A DNA stretch of 64,000 bases. Origin: Eledone cirrhosa (taxonomy: Eukaryota). The translations under genes and the position numbers were made by a program. The stretch lies in assembly GCA_964016885.1 (NCBI GenBank), contig OZ024741.1, forward strand, positions 408,952,001 through 409,016,000, read 5' to 3'. Numbering within the stretch: the first letter of the stretch is position 1; the number at the start of each line of letters is the position of its first letter. Below are positions 42,701 to 55,400 of this stretch, in pieces. The notes under the pieces were generated by a model, which was given only the letters and a program-made list of their open reading frames with translations, did no database searches and was not told the DNA's origin.

Positions 42701-45700
42701 AAGGAAGACTCTACCTATTTTAAAAGGAAGACTGTGTACCTATTTTAAAAGGGAGACTGTATCTATTGTAAAAGGAATACTGTACCTATTTTAAAATGAA
42801 GACTGTACCTATTTTAAAAGGAAGACTCTACATATTTTAAAAGGAAACTGTGTACTTATTTCAAAAGGGAGACTGCACCTATTTTAAATGGGAGACTGTA
42901 CCTATTTTAAAAGGAAGACTGTACCTATTTTAAAAGGAAGACTGTGTACCTATTTTAAAAGGGAGACTGTACCTATTTTAAAAGGAAGACTGTGTACGTA
43001 TTTTAAAAGGGAGACTGTACCTATTTAAAAAAGAAGACTGTACCTATTTTAAAAGGAAGACTCTACATATTTGAAAAGAAAGACTGTGTACCTATTTTAA
43101 AAGGGAGACTGCACCTATTTTAAAAGGGAGACTGTACCTATTTTAAAAGGAAAACTGTACCTATTTTAAAAGGGAGACTGTACCTATTTTAAAAGGATAG
43201 ACTCTACCTATTTTAAAAGGAAGACTGTACCTATTTTAAAAGGAAGACTGTGTACCTATATTAAAAGGGAGACTGTGTACGTATTTTAAAAGGAAGACTG
43301 TGTACCTATTTTAAAAGGGAGACTGCACCTATTTTAAAAGGGAGACTGTACCTATTTTAAAAGGAAGACTGTGTACCTATTTCAAAAGGGAGACTGTACC
43401 TATTGTAAAAGGAAGACTGTACCTATTTTAAAAGGAAGACTGTGTACCTATTTTAAAAGGAAGACTGTACCTATTTTAAAAGGGAGACTGTGTACCTATT
43501 TTAAAAGGGAGACTGTGTACCTATTTTAAAAGGAAGACTGTGTACCTATTTTAAAAGGGAGACTGTACCTATTTTAAAAGGAAGACTGTGTACGTATTTT
43601 AAAAGGGAGACTGTACCTATTTAAAAAAGAAGACTGTACCTATTTTAAAAGGAAGACTCTACATATTTGAAAAGAAAGACTGTGTACCTATTTTAAAAGG
43701 GAGACTGCACCTATTTTAAAAGGGAGACTGTACCTATTTTAAAAGGAAGACTGTACCTATTTTAAAAGGGAGACTGTACCTATTTTAAAAGGAAGACTCT
43801 ACCTATTTTAAAAGGGAGACTGTGTACCTATTTTAAAAGGAAGACTGTGTAGCTATTTTAAAAGGGAGATTGTGTACCTATTTTAAAAGGAAGACTGTGT
43901 ACCTATTTTAAAAGGGAGACTGTACCTATATTAAAAGGAAGACTGTGTACCTATTTTAAAAGGAAGACTGTACCTATTTTAAAAGGACGACTGTACCTAT
44001 TTTAAAAGGAAGACTGTACCTATTTCAAAAGGAAGACTATGTAACTATTTTAAAAGGGAGACTGTGAACCTATTTTAAAATGAAGACTGTGTACCTATTT
44101 TAAAAGGGAGACTGTACCTATTTTAAAAGGAAGACTGTACCTATTTTAAAAGGAAGACTCTACATATTTTAAAAGGAAGACTGTACCTATTTTAAAAAGA
44201 AGACTGTGTACCTATTTCAAAAGGAAGACTGTGTACCTATTTTAAAAGGGAGACTATGTACCTATTTTAAGATGACGAAGATGCCTATTTTAAAAGGAAG
44301 ACTGTACCTATTTTAAAAGGAAGATTGTGTACCTATTTTAAAAGGGAGACTGTACCTATTTTAAAAGGAAGACTCTACCTATTTTAAAAGGAAGACTGTG
44401 TACCTATTTTAAAAGGGAGACTGTATCTATTGTAAAAGGAATACTGTACCTATTTTAAAATGAAGACTGTACCTATTTTAAAAGGAAGACTCTACATATT
44501 TTAAAAGGAAACTGTGTACTTATTTCAAAAGGGAGACTGCACCTATTTTAAATGGAGACTGTACCTATTTTAAAAGGAAGACTGTACCTTTTTTAAAAGG
44601 AAGACTGTGTACCTATTTTAAAAGGGAGACTGTACCTATTTTAAAAGGAAGACTGTGTACGTATTTTAAAAGGGAGACTGTACCTATTTAAAAAAGAAGA
44701 CTGTACCTATTTTAAAAGGAAGACTCTACATATTTGAAAAGAAAGACTGTGTACCTATTTTAAAAGGGAGACTGCACCTATTTTAAAAGGGAGACTGTAC
44801 CTATTTTAAAAGGAAAACTGTACCTATTTTAAAAGGGAGACTGTACCTATTTTAAAAGGATAGACTCTACCTATTTTAAAAGGAAGACTGTACCTATTTT
44901 AAAAGGAAGACTGTGTACCTATATTAAAAGGGAGACTGTGTACGTATTTTAAAAGGAAGACTGTGTACCTATTTTAAAAGGGAGACTGCACCTATTTTAA
45001 AAGGGAGACTGTACCTATTTTAAAAGGAAGACTGTGTACCTATTTCAAAAGGGAGACTGTACCTATTGTAAAAGGAAGACTGTACCTATTTTAAAAGGAA
45101 GACTGTGTACCAATTTTAAAAGGAAGACTGTACCTATTTTAAAAGGGAGACTGTGTACCTATTTTAAAAGGGAGACTGTGTACCTATTTTAAAAGGAAGA
45201 CTGTGTACCTATTTTAAAAGGGAGACTGTACCTATTTTAAAAGGAAGACTGTGTACGTATTTTAAAAGGGAGACTGTACCTATTTAAAAAAGAAGACTGT
45301 ACCTATTTTAAAAGGAAGACTCTACATATTTGAAAAGAAAGACTGTGTACCTATTTTAAAAGGGAGACTGCACCTATTTTAAAAGGGAGACTGTACCTAT
45401 TTTAAAAGGAAGACTGTACCTATTTTAAAAGGGAGACTGTACCTATTTTAAAAGGAAGACTCTACCTATTTTAAAAGGGAGACTGTGTACCTATTTTAAA
45501 AGGAAGACTGTGTAGCTATTTTAAAAGGGAGATTGTGTACCTATTTTAAAAGGAAGACTGTGTACCTATTTTAAAAGGGAGACTGTACCTATATTAAAAG
45601 GAAGACTGTGTACCTATTTTAAAAGGAAGACTGTACCTATTTTAAAAGGACGACTGTACCTATTTTAAAAGGAAGACTGTACCTATTTCAAAAGGAAGAC

Positions 45701-48300
45701 TATGTAACTATTTTAAAAGGGAGACTGTGAACCTATTTTAAAATGAAGACTGTGTACCTATTTTAAAAGGGAGACTGTACCTATTTTAAAAGGAAGACTG
45801 TACCTATTTTAAAAGGAAGACTCTACATATTTTAAAAGGAAGACTGTACCTATTTTAAAAAGAAGACTGTGTACCTATTTCAAAAGGAAGACTGTGTACC
45901 TATTTTAAAAGGGAGACTATGTACCTATTTTAAGATGACGAAGATGCCTATTTTAAAAGGAAGACTGTACCTATTTTAAAAGGGAGACTGTACCTATTTT
46001 AAAAGGAAGACTCTACCAATTTTAAAAGGAAGACTGTACCTATTTTAAAAAGAAGACTGTGTACCTATATTAAAAGGGAGACTGTGTACGTATTTTAAAA
46101 AGATGATTGTGTACCTATTTTAAATGGGAGACTGTACCTATTTTAAAAGGAAGACTGTACCTATTTTAAAAGGAAGACTGTACCTATTTTAAAAGGAAGA
46201 CTGTGTACCTATTTTAAAAGGGAGACTGTACCTATTTTAAAAGGAAGACTCTACCTATTTTAAAAGGAAGACTGTGTACCTATTTTAAAAGGGAGACTGT
46301 ATCTATTGTAAAAGGAATACTGTACCTATTTTAAAATGAAGACTGTACCTATTTTAAAAGGAAGACTCTACATATTTTAAAAGGAAGACTGTGTACTTAT
46401 TTCAAAAGGGAGACTGCACCTATTTTAAAAGGGAGACTGTACCTATTTTAAAAGGAAGACTGTACCTATTTTAAAAGGAAGACTGTGTACCTATTTTAAA
46501 AGGGAGACTGTACCTATTTTAAAAGGAAGACTGTGTACGTATTTTAAAAGGGAGACTGTACCTATTTAAAAAAGAAGACTGTACCTATTTTAAAAGGAAG
46601 ACTCTACATATTTGAAAAGAAAGACTGTGTACCTATTTTAAAAGGGAGACTGCACCTATTTTAAAAGGGAGACTGTACCTATTTTAAAAGGAAAACTGTA
46701 CCTATTTTAAAAGGGAGACTGTACCTATTTTAAAAGGATAGACTCTACCTATTTTAAAGGAAGACTGTACCTATTTTAAAAGGAAGACTGTGTACCTATA
46801 TTAAAAGGGAGACTGTGTACGTATTTTAAAAGGAAGACTGTGTACCTATTTTAAAAGGGAGACTGCACCTATTTTAAAAGGGAGACTGTACCTATTTTAA
46901 AAGGAAGACTGTGTACCTATTTCAAAAGGGAGACTGTACCTATTGTAAAAGGAAGACTGTACCTATTTTAAAAGGAAGACTGTGTACCTATTTTAAAAGG
47001 AAGACTGTGCCTATTTTAAAAGGGAGACTGTGTACCTATTTTAAAAGGGAGACTGTGTACCTATTTTAAAAGGAAGACTGTGTACCTATTTTAAAAGGGA
47101 GACTGTACCTATTTTAAAAGGAAGACTGTGTACGTATTTTTAAAGGGAGACTGTACCTATTTAAAAAAGAAGACTGTACCTATTTTAAAAGGAAGACTCT
47201 ACATATTTGAAAAGAAAGACTGTGTACCTATTTTAAAAGGGAGACTGCACCTATTTTAAAAGGGAGACTGTACCTATTTTAAAAGGAAGACTGTACCTAT
47301 TTTAAAAAGGAGACTGTACCTATTTTAAAAGGAAGACTCTACCTATTTTAAAAGGGAGACTGTGTACCTATTTTCAAAGGAAGACTGTGTAGCTATTTTA
47401 AAAGGGAGACTGTGTACCTATTTTAAAAGGAAGACTGTGTACCTATTTTAAAAGGGAGACTGTACCTATATTAAAAGGAAGACTGTGTACCTATTTTAAA
47501 AGGAAGACTGTACCTATTTTAAAAGGACGACTGTACCTATTTTAAAAGGAAGACTGTACCTATTTCAAAAGGAAGACTATGTAACTATTTTAAAAGGGAG
47601 ACTGTGAACCTATTTTAAAATGAAGACTGTGTACCTATTTTAAAAGGGAGACTGTACCTATTTTAAAAGGAAGACTGTAACTATTTTAAAAGGAAGACTC
47701 TACATATTTTAAAAGGAAGACTGTACCTATTTTAAAAAGAAGACTGTGTACCTATTTCAAAAGGAAGACTGTGTACCTATTTTAAAAGGGAGACTATGTA
47801 CCTATTTTAAGAGGACGAAGATACCTATTTTAAAAGGAAGACTGTACCTATTTTAAAAGGGAGACTGTACCTATTTTAAAAGAAAGACTCTACCTATTTT
47901 AAAAGGAAGACTGTACCTATTTTAAAAAGAAGACTGTGTACCTATATTAAAAGGGAGACTGTGTACGTATTTTAAAAGGATGATTGTGTACCTATTTTAA
48001 ATGGGAGACTGTACCTATTTTAAAAGGAAGACTGTACCTATTTTAAAAGGAAGACTGTACCTATTTTAAAAGGAAGACTGTGTACCTATTTTAAAAGGGA
48101 GACTGTACCTATTTTAAAAGGAAGACTCTACCTATTTTAAAAGGAAGACTGTGTACCTATTTTAAAAGGGAGACTGTATCTATTGTAAAAGGAATACTGT
48201 ACCTATTTTAAAATGAAGACTGTACCTATTTTAAAAGGAAGACTCTACATATTTTAAAAGGAAGACTGTGTACTTATTTCAAAAGGGAGACTGCACCTAT
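36721..48300 (+). repeat. HOR domain III: about 1878-bp HOR, roughly five to six copies with indel variants
   Basis: The 24-bp insertion monomer marker GGATAGAC lies at 39465, 41318, 43195, 44858 and 46736 (spacings 1853, 1877, 1663, 1878). TAAGATGACGAAGATGCC lies at 42391, 44268 and 45931. Confidence 0.9.
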
Positions 48301-51300
48301 TTTAAAAGGGAGACTGTACCTATATTAAAAGGAAGACTGTGTACCTATTTTAAAAGGAAGACTGTACCTATTTTAAAAGGACGACTGTACCTATTTTAAA
48401 AGGAAGACTGTACCTATTTTAAAAGGAAGACTATGTAACTATTTTAAAAGGGAGACTGTGTAACTATTTTAAAATGAAGACTGTACCTATTTTCAAAGGA
48501 AGACTGTACCTATTTTAAAATGAAGACTGTACCTATTTTAAAAGGAAGACTCTACATATTTTAAAAGGAAGACTGTGTACTTATTTCAAAAGGGAGACTG
48601 CACCTATTTTAAAAGGGAGACTGTACCTATTTTAAAAGGAAGACTGTACCTATTTTAAAAGGAAGACTGTAACTATTTTAAAAGGAAGACTGTGTACCTA
48701 TTTTAAAAGGAAGACTGTACCTATTTCAAAAGGAAGACTGTGTACCTATTTTAAAAGGGAGACTATGTTCCTATTTTAAGAGGAAGAAGATACCTATTTT
48801 AAAAGGAAGACTGTGTACCTATTTTAAAAGGGAGACTGTACCTATTTTAAAAGGAAGACTGTACCTATTTTAAAAGGGAGACTGTGTACCTATTTTAAAA
48901 GGGAGACTTACCTATTTTAAAAGGAAGACTGTGTACCTATTTTAAAAGGGAGACTGTACCTATTTTAAAAGGAAGACTGTGTACGTATTTTAAAAGGGAG
49001 ACTGTACCTATTTAAAAAAGAAGACTGTACCTATTTTAAAAGGGAGACTTACCTATTTTAAAAGGAAGACTGTGTACCTATTTTAAAAGGAAGACTCTAC
49101 CTATTTTAAAAGGAAGACTGTACCTATTTTAAAAGGAAGACTGTGTACCTATATTAAAAGGGAGACTGTGTACGTATTTTAAAAGGAAGACTGTGTACCT
49201 ATTTTAAAAGGGAGACTGCACCTATTTTAAAAGGGAGACTGTACCTATTTTAAAAGGAAGACTCTGTACCTATTTCAAAATGGAGACTGTACCTATTGTA
49301 AAAAGAAGACCGTACCTATTTTAAAAGGAAGACTGTGTACTTATTTTAAAAGGAAGACTGTACCTATTTTAAAAGGCAGACTGTGTACCTATTTTAAAAG
49401 GGAGACTGTGTACCTATTTTAAAATGAAGACTGTACCTATTTTAAAAGGAAGACTGTGTACCTATTTTAAAAGGGAGATTGTACCTATTTTAAAAGGAAG
49501 ACTGCACCTATTTTGAAAGGGAGACTGTGTACCTATTTTAAAAGGGAGACTGTCTACCTATTTTAAAGGGGAGATTGTGTACCTATTTTAAAAGGGATAC
49601 TGTACCTATTTTAAAAGGAAGACTGTACCTATTTTAAAAGGAAGACTGTGTACCTATTTTAAAAGGGAGACTGTGTACCTATTTTAAAAGGAAGACTGTG
49701 TACCTATTTTAAAAGGGAGACTGTGTACCTATTTTAAAAGGAAGACTGTGTACCTATTTTAAAAGGGAGACTGTACCTATATTAAAAGGAAGACTGTGTA
49801 CCTATTTTAAAAGGAAGACTGTACCTATTTTAAAAGGACGACTGTACCTATTTTAAAAGGAAGACTGTACCTATTTTAAAAGGAAGACTGTGTACGTATT
49901 TTAAAAGGGAGACTGTGTACCTATTTTAAAATGAAGATTGTACCTATTTTAAAAGTAAGACTGTGTACCTATTTTAAAAGGGAGACTGTACCTATTTTAA
50001 AAGGAAGACTGTACCTATTTTAAAAGGAAGACTGTACCTATTTTAAAAGGAAGATTGTGTACCTATTTTAAAAGGGAGACTGTACTTATTTTAAAAGGGC
50101 GACTATACCTATTTTCAAAGGGAGACTTACCTATTTTAAAAGGGAGACCGTGTACCTATTTTAAAAGGGAGACCGTGTACCTATTTTAAAAGGAAGACTG
50201 TACCTATTTTAAAAGGAAGACTGTGTACCTATTTTAAAAGGAAGACTGTACCTATTTTAAAAGGAAGACTGTACCTATTTTAAAAGGAAGACTGTACCTA
50301 TTTTAAAAGGAAGACTGTGTACCTATTTTAAAAGGGAGACTGTACCTATTTTAAAAGGAAGACTGTACCTATTTTAAAAGGAAGACTGTACCTATTTTAA
50401 AAGGAAGATTGTGTACCTATTTTAAAAGGGACACTGTACCTATTTTCAAAGGGAGACTTACCTATTTTAAAAGGGAGACCGTGTACCTATTTTAAAAGGG
50501 AGACCGTGTACCTATTTTAAAAGGAAGACTGTACCTATTTTAAAAGGGAGACTGTGTACCTATTTTAAAAGGAAGACTTACCTATTTTAAAAGGAAGACT
50601 GTGTACCTATTTTAAAAGTGAGACTGTACCTATTTTAAAAGGAAGACTGTGTACGTATGTTAAAAGGGAGACTGTACCTATTTAAAAAAGAAGACTGTAC
50701 CTATTTTAAAAGGAAGACTCTACATATTTGAAAAGAAAGACTGTGTACCTATTTTAAAAGGGAGACTGCACCTATTTTAAAAGGGAGACTGTACCTATTT
50801 TAAAAGGAAGACTGTACCTATTTTAAAAGGGAGACTGTACCTATTTTAAAAGGAAGACTCTACCTATTTTAAAAGGAAGACTGTACCTATTTTAAAAGGA
50901 AGACTGTGTACCTATATTAAAAGGGAGACTGTGTACGTAATTTAAAAGGAAGACTGTGTACCTATTTTAAAAGGGAGACTGCACCTATTTTAAAAGGGAG
51001 ACTGTACCTATTTTAAAAGGAAGACTGTGTACCCATTTCAAAAGGGAGACTGTACCTATTGTAAAAGGAAGACTGTACCTAATTTAAAAGGAAGACTGTG
51101 TACCTATTTTAAAAGGAAGACTGTACCTATTTTAAAAGGGAGACTGTCTACCTATTTTAAAAGGGACACTGTACCTATTTTAAAATGAAGACTGTACCCA
51201 TTTTAAAAGGGAGACTGTGTTCCTATTTTAAAAGGGAGACTGTCTACCATTTTAAAGGGGAGACTGTGTACCTATTTTAAAAGGGTGACTGTGTACCTAT

Positions 51301-52400
51301 TTTAAAAGGAAGACTGTGTAGCTATTTTAAAAGGGAGACTGTGTACCTATTTTAAAAGAAAGACTGTGTACCTATTTTAAAAGGGAGACTGTATCTATAT
51401 TAAAAGGAAGACTGTGTACCTATTTTAAAAGGAAGACTGTACCTATTTTAAAATGACGACTGTACCTATTTTAAAAGGAAGACTGTACCTATTTTAAAAG
51501 GAAGACTATGTAACTATTTTAAAAGGGAGACTGTGTACCTATTTTAAAATGAAGACTGTACCTATTTTAAAAGGAAGACTGTGTACCTATTTTAAAAGGG
51601 AGACTGTACCTATTTTAAAAGGAAGACTGTACCTATTTTAAAAGGAAGACTGTACCTATTTTAAAATGAAGATTGTGTACCTATTTTAAAAGGGAGACTG
51701 TACCTATTTTAAAAGGGAGACTGTGTACCTATTTTAAAAGGAAGACTTACCTATTTTAAAAGGAAGACAGTGTACCTGTTTTAAAAGGGAGACTGTACCT
51801 ATTTTAAAAGGAAGACTGTACCTATTTTAAAAGGAAGACTCTACATATTTTAAAAGGAAGACTGTACCTATTTTAAAAAGAAGACTGTGTACCTATTTCA
51901 AAAGGAAGACTGTGTACCTATTTTAAAAGAGAGACTATGTACCTATTTTAAGAGGACGAAGATACCTATTTTAAAAGGAAGACTGTACCTATTTTAAAAG
52001 GGAGACTGTACCTATTTTAAAAGGAAGACTGTACCTATTTTAAAAGGAAGACTGTACCTATTTTAAAAGGAAGACTTTGTACCTATTTTAAAAGGGAGAC
52101 TCTACCTATTTTAAAAGGAAGACTCTACCTATTTTAAAAGGAAGACTGTGTACCTATTTTAAAAGGGAGACTGTACCTATTGTAAAAGGAAGACTGTACC
52201 TATTTTATAATGAAGACTGTACCTATTTTAAAAGGAAGACTCTACCTATTTTAAAAGGAAGACTGTGTACTTATTTCAAAAGGGAGACTGCACCTATTTT
52301 AAAAGGGAGACTGTGTACCTATTTTAAAAGGAAGACTGTACCTATTTCAAAAGGAAGACTGTGTACCTATTTTAAAAGGGAGACTATGTTCCTATTTTAA
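48300..52400 (+). repeat. Domain IV: heterogeneous transition zone with no obvious long HOR
   Basis: Many variants were seen only here: GGGAGACCGTGTAC four times at about 50140-50510, ACCCATTT at about 51031 and 51196, GTACGTATGT at 50651, GGGTGACTGTG at about 51283. Markers of domains II, III and V are interspersed. Confidence 0.7.
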
Positions 52401-55400
52401 GAGGAAGAAGATACCTATTTTAAAAGGAAGACTGTGTACCTATTTTAAAAGGGAGACTGTACCTATATTAAAAGGAAGACTGTGTACCTATTTTAAAAGG
52501 AAGACTGTACCTATTTTAAAAGGACAACTGTACCTATTTTAAAAGGAAGACTGTACCTATTTTAAAAGGAAGACTATGTAACTATTTTAAAAGGGAGACT
52601 GTGTACCTATTTTAAAATGAAGACTGTACCTATTTTAAAAGGAAGACTGTGTACCTATTTTAAAAGTGAGGCTGTACCTATTTTAAAAGGAAGACTGTAC
52701 CTATTTTAAAAGGAAGACTACCTATTTTAAAAGGAAGATTGTGTACCTATTTTAAAAGGGAGACTGTACCTATTTTAAAAGGAAGACTGTACTTATTTTA
52801 AAAGGAAGACTGTACCTATTTTAAAAGGGCGACTGTACCTATCTTCAAAGGGAGACTACCTATTTTAAAAGGGAGACTGTGTACCTATTTTAAAAGGAAG
52901 ACTTACCTATTTTAAAAGGAAGACAGTGTACCTGTTTTAAAAGGGAGACTGTGTACCTATTTTAAAAGGGAGAATGTGTACCTATTTTAAAAGAAAGACT
53001 TACCTATTTTAAAAGGAAGACTGTGTACCTACTTTAAAAAGGAGACTGTACCTATTTTAAAAGGAAGACTGTACCTATTTTAAAAGGAAGACTCTACATA
53101 TTTTAAAAGGAAGACTGTACCTATTTTAAAAAGAAGACTGTGTACCTATTTCAAAAGGAAGACTGTGTACCTATTTTAAAAGGGAGACTATGTACCTATT
53201 TTAAGAGGACGAAGATACCTATTTTAAAAGGAAGACTGTACCTATTTTAAAAGGGAGACTGTACCTATTTTAAAAGGAAGACTCTACCTATTTTAAAAGG
53301 AAGACTGTACCTATTTTAAAAAGAAGACTGTGTACCTATATTAAAAGGGAGACTGTGTACGTATTTTAAAAGGATGAGTGTGTACCTATTTTAAATGGGA
53401 GACTGTACCTATTTTAAAAGGAAGACTGTACCTATTTTAAAAGGAAGACTGTACCTATTTTAAAAGGAAGACTGTGTACCTATTTTAAAAGGGAGACTGT
53501 ACCTATTTTAAAAGGAAGACTCTACCTATTTTAAAAGGAAGACTGTGTACCTATTTTAAAAGGGAGACTGTACCTATTGTAAAAGGAAGACTGTACCTAT
53601 TTTTAAATGAAGACTGTACCTATTTTAAAAGGAAGACTCTACATATTTTAAATGGAAGACTGTGTACTTATTTCAAAAGGGAGACTGCACCTATTTTAAA
53701 AGGGAGACTGTACCTATTTTAAAAGGAAGACTGTACCTATTTTAAAAGGAAGACTGTACCTATTTTAAAAGGAAGACTGTGTACCTATTTTAAAAGGAAG
53801 ACTGTACCTATTTCAAAAGGAAGACTGTGTACCTATTTTAAAAGGGAGACTATGTTCCTATTTTAAGAGGAAGAAGATACCTATTTTAAAAGGAAGACTG
53901 TGTACCTATTTTAAAAGGGAGACTGTACCTATATTAAAAGGAAGACTGTGTACCTATTTTAAAAGGAAGACTGTACCTATTTTAAAAGGACGACTGTACC
54001 TATTTTAAAAGGGAGACTGTACCTATTTTAAAAGAAAGACTCTACCTATTTTAAAAGGAAGACTGTGTACCTATTTTAAAATGAAGACTGTACCTATTTT
54101 AAAAGGAAGACTGTGTACCTATTTTAAAAGGGAGACTGTAACTATTTTAAAAGGAAGACTGTACCTATTTTAATAGGAAGACTACCTATTTTAAAAGGAA
54201 GATTGTGTACCTATTTTAAAAGGGAGACTGTACCTATTTTAAAAGGAAGAATGTACTTATTTTAAAAGGAAGACTGTACCTATTTTAAAAGGGCGACTGT
54301 ACCTATCTTCAAAGGGTGACTACCTATTTTAAAAGGGAGACTGTGTACCTATTTTAAAAGGAAGACTTACCTATTTTAAAAGGAAGACAGTGTACCTGTT
54401 TTAAAAGGGAGACTGTGTACCTATTTTAAAAGGGAGACTGTGTACCTATTTTAAAAGAAAGACTTACCTATTTTAAAAGGAAGACTGTGTACCTATTTTA
54501 AAAGGGAGACTGTACCTATTTTAAAAGGAAGACTCTACATATTTTAAAAGGAAGACTGTACCTATTTTAAAAAGAAGACTGTGTACCTATTTCAAAAGGA
54601 AGACTGTGTACCTATTTTAAAAGGAAGACTAAGTACCTATTTTAAGAGGACGAAGATACCTATTTTAAAAGGAAGACTGTACCTATTTTAAAAGGGAGAC
54701 TGTACCTATTTTAAAAGGAAGACTCTACCTATTTTAAAAGGAAGACTGTACCTATTTTAAAAAGAAGACTGTGTACCTATATTAAAAGGGAGACTGTGTA
54801 CGCATTTTAAAAGGATGAGTGTGTACCTATTTTAAATGGGAGACTGTACCTATTTTAAAAGGACGACTGTACCTATTTTAAAAGGAAGACTGTACCTATT
54901 TTAAAAGGAAGACTGTGTACCTATTTTAAAAGGGAGACTGTACCTATTTTAAAAGGAAGACTCTACCTATTTTAAAAGGAAGACTGTGTACCTATTTTAA
55001 AAGGGAGACTGTACCTATTGTAAAAGGAAGACTGTACCTATTTTAAAATGAAGACTGTACCTATTTTAAAAGGAAGACTCTACATATTTTAAATGGAAGA
55101 CTGTGTACTTATTTCAAAAGGGAGACTGCACCTATTTTAAAAGGAAGACTGTACCTATTTTAAAAGGAAGACTGTACCTATTTTAAAAGGAAGACTGTAC
55201 CTATTTTAAAAGGAAGACTGTGTACCTATTTTAAAAGGAAGACTGTACCTATTTCAAAAGGAAGACTGTGTACCTATTTTAAAAGGGAGACTATGTTCCT
55301 ATTTTAAGAGGAAGAAGATACCTATTTTAAAAGGAAGACTGTGTACCTATTTTAAAAGGGAGACTGTACCTATATTAAAAGGAAGACTGTGTACCTATTT

